A stretch of 64,000 nt of DNA from assembly GCA_964016885.1 (NCBI GenBank), contig OZ024751.1, positions 2,108,001 through 2,172,000 of the forward strand, in the 5' to 3' direction. This DNA comes from Eledone cirrhosa. Its lineage: Eukaryota. Shown one piece after another: positions 36,801 through 51,800 of this stretch (positions are counted from its first letter, which is position 1; every line of letters begins with the position of its first letter). The notes under the pieces are model-generated. The model did not search any database. It was not told the DNA's origin and saw only the letters and a program-made list of their open reading frames with translations. Both the position numbers and the translations under genes were made by a program.

Positions 36801-39800
36801 TTGAACTTTCTCTGTTGAACTGTCATGTTGAACCTTCCCTGTTGAACTGTCATGTTGAACCTTCTCTGTTTAACTGTCATACTGAACTTTCCCTGTTGAA
36901 ATGTCATGCTCAACCTTCCTTGTTGAACTGTCATGTTGAATCTTCTCCGTTGAACTGTCATATTGAACCTTCTCTGTTTAACTGTCGTATTGAACCTTCC
37001 CTGTTGAACTGTCATATTGAACTTTCTCTGTTGAACTGTCATGCTGAACCTTCTCTGTTGAACTGTCATGTTGTACCTTCTCTGTTGAACTGTCATGTTG
37101 AACCTTCTCTGTTGAACTGTCATATTGAGCCTTCTCTGTTGAACTGTTATGTTGAACCTTCTCTATTTAACTGTCATGTTGAACCTTCCCTGTTCAACTG
37201 TCATGTTGAACCTTCTCTGTTTAACTGTCATATTGAACTTTCTCTGTTGAACTGTCATGCTGAACCTTCCTTGTTGAACTGTCATGTTGAACCTTCTCTG
37301 TTGAACTGTCATGTTGGACCTTCTCTGTTGAACTGTCATATTGTACTTTCTCTGTTGAACTGTCATGCTGAACCTTCTCTGTTGAACTGTCATGTTGAAC
37401 CTTCTCTGTTGAACTGTCATGTTGAACCTTCTCTGTTGAACTGTCATATTGAACCTTCTCTGTTGAACTGTCATGTTGAACCTTCTCTGTTGAAATGTCA
37501 TACTGAACCTTCCCTATTGAACTGTCATGTTGAACATTCTCTGTTGAACTGTCATACTGAAGCTTCTCTGTTGAAATGTCATAGTGAATTTTCTCTGTTG
37601 AACTGTCATGCTGAACCTTCCCTGTTGAACTGTCATGCTTAACCTTCCCTGTTGAACTGTCATATTGAACTTTCTCTGTTGAACTGTCATGCTGAACCTT
37701 CCCTGTTGAACTGTCATATTGAACCTTCTCTGCTTAACTGTCATATTGAACCTTCTCTGTTTAACTGTCATAATGAACTTTCTCTGTTGAACTGTCATGC
37801 TGAATCTTCCCTGTTTAACTGTCATGCTGGACCTTCTCTGTTGAACTGTCATATTGAACTTTCTCTGTTGAACTGTCATGCTGAACCTTCTCTGTTGAAC
37901 TGTCATGTTGTACCTTCTCTGTTGAACTGTCATGTTGAACCTTCTCTGTTGAACTGTCATATTGAGCCTTCTCTGTTGAACTGTTATGTTGAACCTTCTC
38001 TATTTAACTGTCATGTTGAACCTTCCCTGTTCAACTGTCATGTTGAACCTTCTCTGTTTAACTGTCATATTGAACTTTCTCTGTTGAACTGTCATGCTGA
38101 ACCTTCCTTGTTGAACTGTCATGTTGAACCTTCTCTGTTGAACTGTCATGTTGGACCTTCTCTGTTGAACTGTCATATTGTACTTTCTCTGTTGAACTGT
38201 CATGCTGAACCTTCTCTGTTGAACTGTCATGTTGAACCTTCTCTGTTGAACTGTCATGTTGAACCTTCTCTGTTGAACTGTCATATTGAACCTTCCCTGT
38301 TGAATTGTCATATTGAAGCTTCTCTGTTGAACTGTCATACTGAAGCTTCTCTGTTGAAATGTCATATTGAATTTTCTCTGTTGAACTGTCATGCTGAACC
38401 TTCCCTGTTGAACTGTCATGCTTAACCTTCCCTGTTGAACTGTCATATTGAACTTTCTCTGTTGAACTGTCATGCTGAATCTTCCCTGTTTAACTGTCAT
38501 GCTGGACCTTCTCTGTTGAACTGTCATATTGAACTTTCTCTGTTGAACTGTCATGCTGAACCTTCTCTGTTGAACTGTCATGTTGAACCTTCTCTGTTGA
38601 ACTGTCATGTTGAACCTTCTCTGTTGAACTGTCATATTGAGCTTTCTCTGTTGAACTGTCATGTTGAACCTTCTCTATTGAACTGTCATATTGAACCTTC
38701 CCTGTTGAATTGTCATGTTGAACCTTCTCTGTTTAACTGTCATGTTGAACCTTCCCTGTTCAACTGTCATGTTGAACCTTCTCTGTTTAACTGTCATATT
38801 GAACTTTCTCTGTTGAACTGTCATGCTGAACCTTCCTTGTTGAACTGTCATCTTGAACCTTCTCTGTTGAACTGTCATGTTGGACCTTCTCTGTTGAACT
38901 GTCATATTGTACTTTCTCTGTTGAACTGTCATGTTGAACCTTCTCTGTTGAACTGTCATGTTGAACCTTCTCTGTTGAACTGTCATGTTGAACCTTCTCT
39001 GTTGAACTGTCATATTGAACCTTCACTGTCGAACTGTCATGCTGAACCTTCCTTGTTGAACTGTCATCTTGAACCTTCTCTGTTGAACTGTCATGTTGGA
39101 CCTTCTCTGTTGAACTGTCATATTGTACTTTCTCTGTTGAACTGTCATGTTGAACCTTCTCTGTTGAACTGTCATGTTGAACCTTCTCTGTTGAACTGTC
39201 ATGTTGAACCTTCTCTGTTGAACTGTCATACTGAACCTTCCCTGTTGAACTGTCATGTTGAACATTCTCTGTTGAACTGTCATACTGAAGCTTCTCTGTT
39301 GAAATGTCATAGTGAATTTTCTCTGTTGAACTGTCATGCTGAACCTTCCCTGTTGAACTGTCATGCTTAACCTTCCCTGTTGAACTGTCATATTGAACCT
39401 TCTCTGCTTAACTGTCATGTTGAACCTTCTCTGTTTAACTGTCATATTGAACTTTCTCTGTTGAACTGTCATGCTGAATCTTCCCTGTTTAACTGTCATG
39501 CTGGACCTTCTCTGTTGAACTGTCATATTGAACTTTCTCTGTTGAACTGTCATGCTGAACCTTCTCTGTTGAACTGTCATGTTGAACCTTCTCTGTTGAA
39601 CTGTCATGTTGAACCTTCTCTGTTGAACTGTCATATTGAGCCTTCTCTGTTGAACTGTTATGTTGAACCTTCTCTATTGAACTGTCATGTTGAACCTTCC
39701 CTGTTCAACTGTCATGTTGAACCTTCTCTGTTTAACTGTCATATTGAACTTTCTCTGTTGAACTGTCATGCTGAACCTTCCTTGTTGAACTGTCATGTTG

Positions 39801-42800
39801 AACCTTCTCTGTTGAACTGTCATGTTGGACCTTCTCTGTTGAACTGTCATATTGTACTTTCTCTGTTGAACTGTCATGCTGAACCTTCTCTGTTGAACTG
39901 TCATGTTGAACCTTCTCTGTTGAACTGTCATGTTGAACCTTCTCTGTTGAACTGTCATATTGAACCTTCTCTGTTGAACTGTCATGTTGAACCTTCTCTG
40001 TTGAACTGTCATATTGAACCTTCCCTGTTGAATTGTCATGTTGAAGCTTCTCTGTTGAACTGTCATACTGAAGCTTCTCTGTTGAAATGTCATATTGAAT
40101 TTTCTCTGTTGAACTGTCATGCTGAACCTTCCCTGTTGAACTGTCATGCTTAACCTTCCCTGTTGAACTGTCATATTGAACTTTCTCTGTTGAACTGTCA
40201 TGCTGAATCTTCCCTGTTTAACTGTCATGCTGGACCTTCTCTGTTGAACTGTCATATTGAACTTTCTCTGTTGAACTGTCATGCTGAACCTTCTCTGCTG
40301 AACTGTCATGTTGAACCTTCTCTGTTGAACTGTCATATTGAGCCTTCTCTGTTGAACTGTCATGTTGAACCTTCTCTATTAAACTGTCATATTGAACCTT
40401 CCCTGTTGAATTGTCATGTTGAACCTTCTCTGTTTAACTGTCATGTTGAACCTTCCCTGTTCAACTGTCATGTTGAACCTTCTCTGTTTAACTGTCATAT
40501 TGAACTTTCTCTGTTGAACTGTCATGCTGAACCTTCCTTGTTGAACTGTCATCTTGAACCTTCTCTGTTGAACTGTTATGTTGGACCTTCTCTGTTGAAC
40601 TGTCATATTGTACTTTCTCTGTTGAACTGTCATGTTGAACCTTCTCTGTTGAACTGTCATGTTGAACCTTCTCTGTTGAACTGTCATGTTGAACCTTCTC
40701 TGTTGAACTGTCATATTGAACCTTCTCTGTTGAACTGTCATGTTGAACCTTCTCTGTCGAACTGTCATGCTGAACCTTCCTTGTTGAACTGTCATGTTGA
40801 ACCTTCTCTGTTGAACTGTCATATTCAACCTTCTCTGTTGAACTGTCATGTTGGACCTTCTCTGTTGAACTGTCATATTGAACTTTCTCTGTTGAACTGT
40901 CATATTGAACCTTCTCTATTTAACTGTCATATTGAACTTTCTCTGTTGAACTGTCATGCTGAACCTTCCTTGTTGAACTGTCTTGTTGAACCTTCTCTGT
41001 TGAACTGTCATGTTGAACCTTCCCTGTTGAACTGTCATGTTGGACCTTCCCAGTTTAACTGTCATATTGAACCTTTTCCGTTGAACTGTCATATTGAACT
41101 TTCTCTGTTGAACTGTCACGCTGAACCTTTCCTGTTGAACTGTCATGCTGAACCTTCTATGTTGAACTGTCATGCTGAACCTTCCCTGTTGAACTGTCAT
41201 GTTGGACCTTCTCTGTTGAACTGTCATATTGAACTTTCTCTGTTGAACTGTCATGTTGAACCTTCCCTGTTGAACTGTCATGTTGAACCTTCTCTGTTTA
41301 ACTGTCATACTGAACTTTCCCTGTTGAAATGTCATGCTCAACCTTCCTTGTTGAACTGTCATGTTGAATCTTCTCCGTTGAACTGTCATATTGAACCTTC
41401 TCTGTTTAACTGTCGTATTGAACCTTCCCTGTTGAACTGTCATATTGAACTTTCTCTGTTGAACTGTCATGCTGAACCTTCCCTGTTGAACTTTCATACT
41501 GAACCTTCCCTGTTGAACTGTCATGTTGAACCTTCTCTGTTGAACTGTCATACTGAACCTTCCCTGTTGAACTGTCATGTTGAACATTCTCTGTTGAACT
41601 GTCATACTGAAGCTTCTCTGTTGAAATGTCATAGTGAATTTTCTCTGTTGAACTGTCATGCTGAACCTTCCCTGTTGAACTGTCATGCTTAACCTTCCCT
41701 GTTGAACTGTCATATTGAACCTTCTCTGCTTAACTGTCATGTTGAACCTTCTCTGTTTAACTGTCATATTGAACTTTCTCTGTTGAACTGTCATGCTGAA
41801 TCTTCCCTGTTTAACTGTCATGCTGGACCTTCTCTGTTGAACTGTCATATTGAACTTTCTCTGTTGAACTGTCATGCTGAACCTTCTCTGTTGAACTGTC
41901 ATGTTGAACCTTCTCTGTTGAACTGTCATGTTGAACCTTCTCTGTTGAACTGTCATATTGAGCCTTCTCTGTTGAACTGTTATGTTGAACCTTCTCTATT
42001 GAACTGTCATGTTGAACCTTCCCTGTTCAACTGTCATGTTGAACCTTCTCTGTTTAACTGTCATATTGAACTTTCTCTGTTGAACTGTCATGCTGAACCT
42101 TCCTTGTTGAACTGTCATGTTGAACCTTCTCTGTTGAACTGTCATGTTGGACCTTCTCTGTTGAACTGTCATATTGTACTTTCTCTGTTGAACTGTCATG
42201 CTGAACCTTCTCTGTTGAACTGTCATGTTGAACCTTCTCTGTTGAACTGTCATGTTGAACCTTCTCTGTTGAACTGTCATATTGAACCTTCTCTGTTGAA
42301 CTGTCATGTTGAACCTTCTCTGTTGAACTGTCATATTGAACCTTCCCTGTTGAATTGTCATGTTGAAGCTTCTCTGTTGAACTGTCATACTGAAGCTTCT
42401 CTGTTGAAATGTCATATTGAATTTTCTCTGTTGAACTGTCATGCTGAACCTTCCCTGTTGAACTGTCATGCTTAACCTTCCCTGTTGAACTGTCATATTG
42501 AACTTTCTCTGTTGAACTGTCATGCTGAATCTTCCCTGTTTAACTGTCATGCTGGACCTTCTCTGTTGAACTGTCATATTGAACTTTCTCTGTTGAACTG
42601 TCATGCTGAACCTTCTCTGCTGAACTGTCATGTTGAACCTTCTCTGTTGAACTGTCATATTGAGCCTTCTCTGTTGAACTGTCATGTTGAACCTTCTCTA
42701 TTAAACTGTCATATTGAACCTTCCCTGTTGAATTGTCATGTTGAACCTTCTCTGTTTAACTGTCATGTTGAACCTTCCCTGTTCAACTGTCATGTTGAAC

Positions 42801-45800
42801 CTTCTCTGTTTAACTGTCATATTGAACTTTCTCTGTTGAACTGTCATGCTGAACCTTCCTTGTTGAACTGTCATCTTGAACCTTCTCTGTTGAACTGTTA
42901 TGTTGGACCTTCTCTGTTGAACTGTCATATTGTACTTTCTCTGTTGAACTGTCATGTTGAACCTTCTCTGTTGAACTGTCATGTTGAACCTTCTCTGTTG
43001 AACTGTCATGTTGAACCTTCTCTGTTGAACTGTCATATTGAACCTTCTCTGTTGAACTGTCATGTTGAACCTTCTCTGTCGAACTGTCATGCTGAACCTT
43101 CCTTGTTGAACTGTCATGTTGAACCTTCTCTGTTGAACTGTCATATTCAACCTTCTCTGTTGAACTGTCATGTTGGACCTTCTCTGTTGAACTGTCATAT
43201 TGAACTTTCTCTGTTGAACTGTCATATTGAACCTTCTCTATTTAACTGTCATATTGAACTTTCTCTGTTGAACTGTCATGCTGAACCTTCCTTGTTGAAC
43301 TGTCTTGTTGAACCTTCTCTGTTGAACTGTCATGTTGAACCTTCCCTGTTGAACTGTCATGTTGGACCTTCCCAGTTTAACTGTCATATTGAACCTTTTC
43401 CGTTGAACTGTCATATTGAACTTTCTCTGTTGAACTGTCACGCTGAACCTTTCCTGTTGAACTGTCATGCTGAACCTTCTATGTTGAACTGTCATGCTGA
43501 ACCTTCCCTGTTGAACTGTCATGTTGGACCTTCTCTGTTGAACTGTCATATTGAACTTTCTCTGTTGAACTGTCATGTTGAACCTTCCCTGTTGAACTGT
43601 CATGTTGAACCTTCTCTGTTTAACTGTCATACTGAACTTTCCCTGTTGAAATGTCATGCTCAACCTTCCTTGTTGAACTGTCATGTTGAATCTTCTCCGT
43701 TGAACTGTCATATTGAACCTTCTCTGTTTAACTGTCGTATTGAACCTTCCCTGTTGAACTGTCATATTGAACTTTCTCTGTTGAACTGTCATGCTGAACC
43801 TTCCCTGTTGAACTTTCATACTGAACCTTCCCTGTTTAACTGTCATATTGAACTTTCTCGGTTGAACTGTCATGCTGAATCTTCCCTGTTTAACTGTCAT
43901 GCTGGACCTTCTCTGTTGAACTGTCATATTGAACTTTCTCTGTTTAACTGTCATACTGAACTTTCTCTGTTGAAATGTCATGCTCAACCTTCTTGTTGAA
44001 CTGTCATGTTGAATCTTCTCCATTGAACTGTCATATTGAACCTTCTCTGTTTAACTGTCGTATTGAACCTTCCCTGTTGAACTGTCATATTGAAATTTCT
44101 CTGTTGAACTGTCATGCTGAACCTTCCCTGTTGAACTTTCATGCTGAACCTTCCCTGTTTAACTGTCATGCTGAACCTTCTATGTTGAACTGTCATGCAG
44201 AACCTTTCCTGTTGAACTGTCATGTTGAACCTTCTCTGTTGAACTGTCATGTTGAACCTTCTCTGTTGAACTGTCATATTGAACCTTCTCTGTTGAACTG
44301 TCATGTTGAACCTTCTCTGTTGAACTGTCATATTGAACCTTCCCTGTTGAATTGTCATGTTGAAGCTTCTCTGTTGAACTGTCATGTTGAACCTTCTCTG
44401 TTGAACTGTCATATTGAACCTTCTCTGTTGAACTGTCATGTTGAACCTTCTCTGTTGAACTGTCATATTGAGCCTTCTCTGTTGAACTGTTATGTTGAAC
44501 CTTCTCTATTGAACTGTCATGTTGAACCTTCCCTGTTCAACTGTCATGTTGAACCTTCTCTGTTTAACTGTCATATTGAACTTTCTCTGTTGAACTGTCA
44601 TGCTGAACCTTCCTTGTTGAACTGTCATGTTGAACCTTCTCTGTTGAACTGTCATGTTGGACCTTCTCTGTTGAACTGTCATATTGTACTTTCTCTGTTG
44701 AACTGTCATGCTGAACCTTCTCTGTTGAACTGTCATGTTGAACCTTCTCTGTTGAACTGTCATGTTGAACCTTCTCTGTTGAACTGTCATATTGAACCTT
44801 CTCTGTTGAACTGTCATGTTGAACCTTCTCTGTTGAACTGTCATATTGAACCTTCCCTGTTGAATTGTCATGTTGAAGCTTCTCTGTTGAACTGTCATAC
44901 TGAAGCTTCTCTGTTGAAATGTCATATTGAATTTTCTCTGTTGAACTGTCATGCTGAACCTTCCCTGTTGAACTGTCATGCTTAACCTTCCCTGTTGAAC
45001 TGTCATATTGAACTTTCTCTGTTGAACTGTCATGCTGAATCTTCCCTGTTTAACTGTCATGCTGGACCTTCTCTGTTGAAATGTCATATTGAACTTTCTC
45101 TGTTGAACTGTCATGCTGAACCTTCTCTGCTGAACTGTCATGTTGAACCTTCTCTGTTGAACTGTCATATTGAGCCTTCTCTGTTGAACTGTCATGTTGA
45201 ACCTTCTCTATTAAACTGTCATATTGAACCTTCCCTGTTGAATTGTCATGTTGAACCTTCTCTGTTTAACTGTCATGTTGAACCTTCCCTGTTCAACTGT
45301 CATGTTGAACCTTCTCTGTTTAACTGTCATATTGAACTTTCTCTGTTGAACTGTCATGCTGAACCTTCCTTGTTGAACTGTCATCTTGAACCTTCTCTGT
45401 TGAACTGTTATGTTGGACCTTCTCTGTTGAACTGTCATATTGTACTTTCTCTGTTGAACTGTCATGTTGAACCTTCTCTGTTGAACTGTCATGTTGAACC
45501 TTCTCTGTTGAACTGTCATGTTGAACCTTCTCTGTTGAACTGTCATATTGAACCTTCTCTGTTGAACTGTCATGTTGAACCTTCTCTGTCGAACTGTCAT
45601 GCTGAACCTTCCTTGTTGAACTGTCATGTTGAACCTTCTCTGTTGAACTGTCATATTCAACCTTCTCTGTTGAACTGTCATGTTGGACCTTCTCTGTTGA
45701 ACTGTCATATTGAACTTTCTCTGTTGAACTGTCATATTGAACCTTCTCTATTTAACTGTCATATTGAACTTTCTCTGTTGAACTGTCATGCTGAACCTTC

Positions 45801-48800
45801 CTTGTTGAACTGTCTTGTTGAACCTTCTCTGTTGAACTGTCATGTTGAACCTTCCCTGTTGAACTGTCATGTTGGACCTTCCCAGTTTAACTGTCATATT
45901 GAACCTTTTCCGTTGAACTGTCATATTGAACTTTCTCTGTTGAACTGTCACGCTGAACCTTTCCTGTTGAACTGTCATGCTGAACCTTCTATGTTGAACT
46001 GTCATGCTGAACCTTCCCTGTTGAACTGTCATGTTGGACCTTCTCTGTTGAACTGTCATATTGAACTTTCTCTGTTGAACTGTCATGTTGAACCTTCCCT
46101 GTTGAACTGTCATGTTGAACCTTCTCTGTTTAACTGTCATACTGAACTTTCCCTGTTGAAATGTCATGCTCAACCTTCCTTGTTGAACTGTCATGTTGAA
46201 TCTTCTCCGTTGAACTGTCATATTGAACCTTCTCTGTTTAACTGTCGTATTGAACCTTCCCTGTTGAACTGTCATATTGAACTTTCTCTGTTGAACTGTC
46301 ATGCTGAACCTTCCCTGTTGAAATTTCATACTGAACCTTCCCTGTTGAACTGTCATGTTGAACCTTCTCTGTTGAACTGTCATACTGAACCTTCCCTGTT
46401 GAACTGTCATGTTGAACATTCTCTGTTGAACTGTCATACTGAAGCTTCTCTGTTGAAATGTCATAGTGAATTTTCTCTGTTGAACTGTCATGCTGAACCT
46501 TCCCTGTTGAACTGTCATGCTTAACCTTCCCTGTTGAACTGTCATATTGAACCTTCTCTGCTTAACTGTCATGTTGAACCTTCTCTGTTTAACTGTCATA
46601 TTGAACTTTCTCTGTTGAACTGTCATGCTGAATCTTCCCTGTTTAACTGTCATGCTGGACCTTCTCTGTTGAACTGTCATATTGAACTTTCTCTGTTGAA
46701 CTGTCATGCTGAACCTTCTCTGTTGAACTGTCATGTTGAACCTTCTCTGTTGAACTGTCATGTTGAACCTTCTCTGTTGAACTGTCATATTGAGCCTTCT
46801 CTGTTGAACTGTTATGTTGAACCTTCTCTATTGAACTGTCATGTTGAACCTTCCCTGTTCAACTGTCATGTTGAACCTTCTCTGTTTAACTGTCATATTG
46901 AACTTTCTCTGTTGAACTGTCATGCTGAACCTTCCTTGTTGAACTGTCATGTTGAACCTTCTCTGTTGAACTGTCATGTTGGACCTTCTCTGTTGAACTG
47001 TCATATTGTACTTTCTCTGTTGAACTGTCATGCTGAACCTTCTCTGTTGAACTGTCATGTTGAACCTTCTCTGTTGAACTGTCATGTTGAACCTTCTCTG
47101 TTGAACTGTCATATTGAACCTTCTCTGTTGAACTGTCATGTTGAACCTTCTCTGTTGAACTGTCATATTGAACCTTCCCTGTTGAATTGTCATGTTGAAG
47201 CATCTCTGTTGAACTGTCATACTGAAGCTTCTCTGTTGAAATGTCATATTGAATTTTCTCTGTTGAACTGTCATGCTGAACCTTCCCTGTTGAACTGTCA
47301 TGCTTAACCTTCCCTGTTGAACTGTCATATTGAACTTTCTCTGTTGAACTGTCATGCTGAATCTTCCCTGTTTAACTGTCATGCTGGACCTTCTCTGTTG
47401 AACTGTCATATTGAACTTTCTCTGTTGAACTGTCATGCTGAACCTTCTCTGCTGAACTGTCATGTTGAACCTTCTCTGTTGAACTGTCATATTGAGCCTT
47501 CTCTGTTGAACTGTCATGTTGAACCTTCTCTATTAAACTGTCATATTGAACCTTCCCTGTTGAATTGTCATGTTGAACCTTCTCTGTTTAACTGTCATGT
47601 TGAACCTTCCCTGTTCAACTGTCATGTTGAACCTTCTCTGTTTAACTGTCATATTGAACTTTCTCTGTTGAACTGTCATGCTGAACCTTCCTTGTTGAAC
47701 TGTCATCTTGAACCTTCTCTGTTGAACTGTTATGTTGGACCTTCTCTGTTGAACTGTCATATTGTACTTTCTCTGTTGAACTGTCATGTTGAACCTTCTC
47801 TGTTGAACTGTCATGTTGAACCTTCTCTGTTGAACTGTCATGTTGAACCTTCTCTGTTGAACTGTCATATTGAACCTTCTCTGTTGAACTGTCATGTTGA
47901 ACCTTCTCTGTCGAACTGTCATGCTGAACCTTCCTTGTTGAACTGTCATGTTGAACCTTCTCTGTTGAACTGTCATATTCAACCTTCTCTGTTGAACTGT
48001 CATGTTGGACCTTCTCTGTTGAACTGTCATATTGAACTTTCTCTGTTGAACTGTCATATTGAACCTTCTCTATTTAACTGTCATATTGAACTTTCTCTGT
48101 TGAACTGTCATGCTGAACCTTCCTTGTTGAACTGTCTTGTTGAACCTTCTCTGTTGAACTGTCATGTTGAACCTTCCCTGTTGAACTGTCATGTTGGACC
48201 TTCCCAGTTTAACTGTCATATTGAACCTTTTCCGTTGAACTGTCATATTGAACTTTCTCTGTTGAACTGTCACGCTGAACCTTTCCTGTTGAACTGTCAT
48301 GCTGAACCTTCTATGTTGAACTGTCATGCTGAACCTTCCCTATTGAACTGTCATGTTGGACCTTCTCTGTTGAACTGTCATATTGAACCTTCTCTGTTGA
48401 ACTGTCATGTTGAACCTTCCCTGTTGAACTGTCATGTTGAACCTTCTCTGTTTAACTGTCATACTGAACTTTCCCTGTTGAAATGTCATGCTCAACCTTC
48501 CTTGTTGAACTGTCATGTTGAATCTTCTCCGTTGAACTGTCATATTGAACCTTCTCTGTTTAACTGTCGTATTGAACCTTCCCTGTTGAACTGTCATATT
48601 GAACTTTCTCTGTTGAACTGTCATGCTGAACCTTCCCTGTTGAACTTTCATACTGAACCTTCCCTGTTTAACTGTCATATTGAACTTTCTCGGTTGAACT
48701 GTCATGCTGAATCTTCCCTGTTTAACTGTCATGCTGGACCTTCTCTGTTGAACTGTCATATTGAACTTTCTCTGTTTAACTGTCATACTGAACTTTCTCT

Positions 48801-51800
48801 GTTGAAATGTCATGCTCAACCTTCTTGTTGAACTGTCATGTTGAATCTTCTCCATTGAACTGTCATATTGAACCTTCTCTGTTTAACTGTCGTATTGAAC
48901 CTTCCCTGTTGAACTGTCATATTGAAATTTCTCTGTTGAACTGTCATGCTGAACCTTCCCTGTTGAACTTTCATGCTGAACCTTCCCTGTTTAACTGTCA
49001 TGCTGAACCTTCTATGTTGAACTGTCATGCAGAACCTTTCCTGTTGAACTGTCATGTTGGACCTTCTCTGTTTAACTGTCGTATTGAACTTTCTCTGTTG
49101 AACTCTCATGCTGAACCTTCCTTGTTTAACTGTCATATTGAACCTTCTCTGTTGAACTGTCATATTGAACCTTCTCTGTTGAACTGTCATATTGAACCTT
49201 CTCTGTAGAACAGTCATATTGAACATCCTTTGTTTACCTGTCATATTGAACTTTCCCTGTTGAACTAACATACTGAACCTTCTCTGTTGAACTGTCATAT
49301 TGAACATTCTCTGCTGAACTGTCATGCTGAACCTTCCCTGTTGAACTGTCATATTGAACCTTCTCTGTTGAACTGTCATGTTGGAACTTCTCTGTTTAAC
49401 TGTCATATTGAACCTTCTCTGTTTAACTGTCATGTTGAACTTTCTCTGTTGAATTGTCATGCTGTACCTTCCCTGTTGAACTGTCATGCTCAACCTTCCC
49501 TGTTTAACTGTCATATTGAACCTTCTCTGTTGAACTGTCATGTTGAACCTTCCCTGTTGAACTGTCATATTGAAACTTCCCTGTTTAACTGTCATGTTGG
49601 ACCTTTCCTGTTTTTCTGTCATATTGAACCTTCCCTGTTGAACTGTCATATTGAACTTTCTTTGTTGAACTGTCATGCTGAACCTTCCCTGTTGAACTGT
49701 CATGCTGAACCTTCCCTGTTTAACTGTCATGCTGAACCTTCTCTGTTGAACTGTCATATTGAACTTTCTCTGTTGAACTGTCATGCTGAACCTTCCCTGT
49801 TGAACTGTCATGCTGCACCAGCCCTGTTGAACTGTCATGTTGAACCTTCTCTGTTAAACTGTCATATTTAACCTTCCCTGTTGAACTGTCATGTTGAACC
49901 TTCTCTGTTGAACTGTCATATTGAACCTTCTCTGTTGAACTGTCATGTTGGACATTCTCTGTTGAACTGTCATATTGAACCTTGTCTGTAGAACTGTCAT
50001 ATTGAACCTCCTCTGTTTAACTGTCATATTGAACCTTCCCTGTTTAACTGTCAGAATGAACCTTCTCTGTTGAACTGTCATGTTGGACCTTCTCTGTTGA
50101 ACTGTCATATTGAAACTTCTCTGTAGAACTGTCATAGTGAACCTTCTCTGTTGAACTGTCATACTGAACCTTCCCTGTTGAACTGTCATGTTGAACATTC
50201 TCTGTTGAACTGTCATGCTGAACCTTCCCTGTTGAACTGTCATGCTTAACCTTCCCTGTTGAACTGTCATATTGAACTTTCTCTGTTGAACTGTCATGCT
50301 GAACCTTCCCTATTGAACTGTCATGTTGGACCTTCTCTGTTGAACTGTCATATTGAACTTTCTCTGTTGAACTGTCATGTTGAACCTTCCCTGTTGAACT
50401 GTCATGTTGAACCTTCTCTGTTTAACTGTCATACTGAACTTTCCCTGTTGAAATGTCATGCTCAACCTTCCTTGTTGAACTGTCATGTTGAATCTTCTCC
50501 GTTGAACTGTCATATTGAACCTTCTCTGTTTAACTGTCGTATTGAACCTTCCCTGTTGAACTGTCATATTGAACTTTCTCTGTTGAACTGTCATGCTGAA
50601 CCTTCCCTGTTGAACTTTCATACTGAACCTTCCCTGTTTAACTGTCATATTGAACTTTCTCGGTTGAACTGTCATGCTGAATCTTCCCTGTTTAACTGTC
50701 ATGCTGGACCTTCTCTGTTGAACTGTCATATTGAACTTTCTCTGTTTAACTGTCATACTGAACTTTCTCTGTTGAAATGTCATGCTCAACCTTCTTGTTG
50801 AACTGTCATGTTGAATCTTCTCCATTGAACTGTCATATTGAACCTTCTCTGTTTAACTGTCGTATTGAACCTTCCCTGTTGAACTGTCATATTGAAATTT
50901 CTCTGTTGAACTGTCATGCTGAACCTTCCCTGTTGAACTTTCATGCTGAACCTTCCCTGTTTAACTGTCATGCTGAACCTTCTATGTTGAACTGTCATGC
51001 AGAACCTTTCCTGTTGAACTGTCATGTTGGACCTTCTCTGTTTAACTGTCGTATTGAACTTTCTCTGTTGAACTCTCATGCTGAACCTTCCTTGTTTAAC
51101 TGTCATATTGAACCTTCTCTGTTGAACTGTCATATTGAACCTTCTCTGTTGAACTGTCATATTGAACCTTCTCTGTAGAACAGTCATATTGAACATCCTT
51201 TGTTTACCTGTCATATTGAACTTTCCCTGTTGAACTAACATACTGAACCTTCTCTGTTGAACTGTCATATTGAACATTCTCTGCTGAACTGTCATGCTGA
51301 ACCTTCCCTGTTGAACTGTCATATTGAACCTTCTCTGTTGAACTGTCATGTTGGAACTTCTCTGTTTAACTGTCATATTGAACCTTCTCTGTTTAACTGT
51401 CATGTTGAACTTTCTCTGTTGAATTGTCATGCTGTACCTTCCCTGTTGAACTGTCATGCTCAACCTTCCCTGTTTAACTGTCATATTGAACCTTCTCTGT
51501 TGAACTGTCATGTTGAACCTTCCCTGTTGAACTGTCATATTGAAACTTCCCTGTTTAACTGTCATGTTGGACCTTTCCTGTTTTTCTGTCATATTGAACC
51601 TTCCCTGTTGAACTGTCATATTGAACTTTCTTTGTTGAACTGTCATGCTGAACCTTCCCTGTTGAACTGTCATGCTGAACCTTCCCTGTTTAACTGTCAT
51701 GCTGAACCTTCTCTGTTGAACTGTCATATTGAACTTTCTCTGTTGAACTGTCATGCTGAACCTTCCCTGTTGAACTGTCATGCTGCACCAGCCCTGTTGA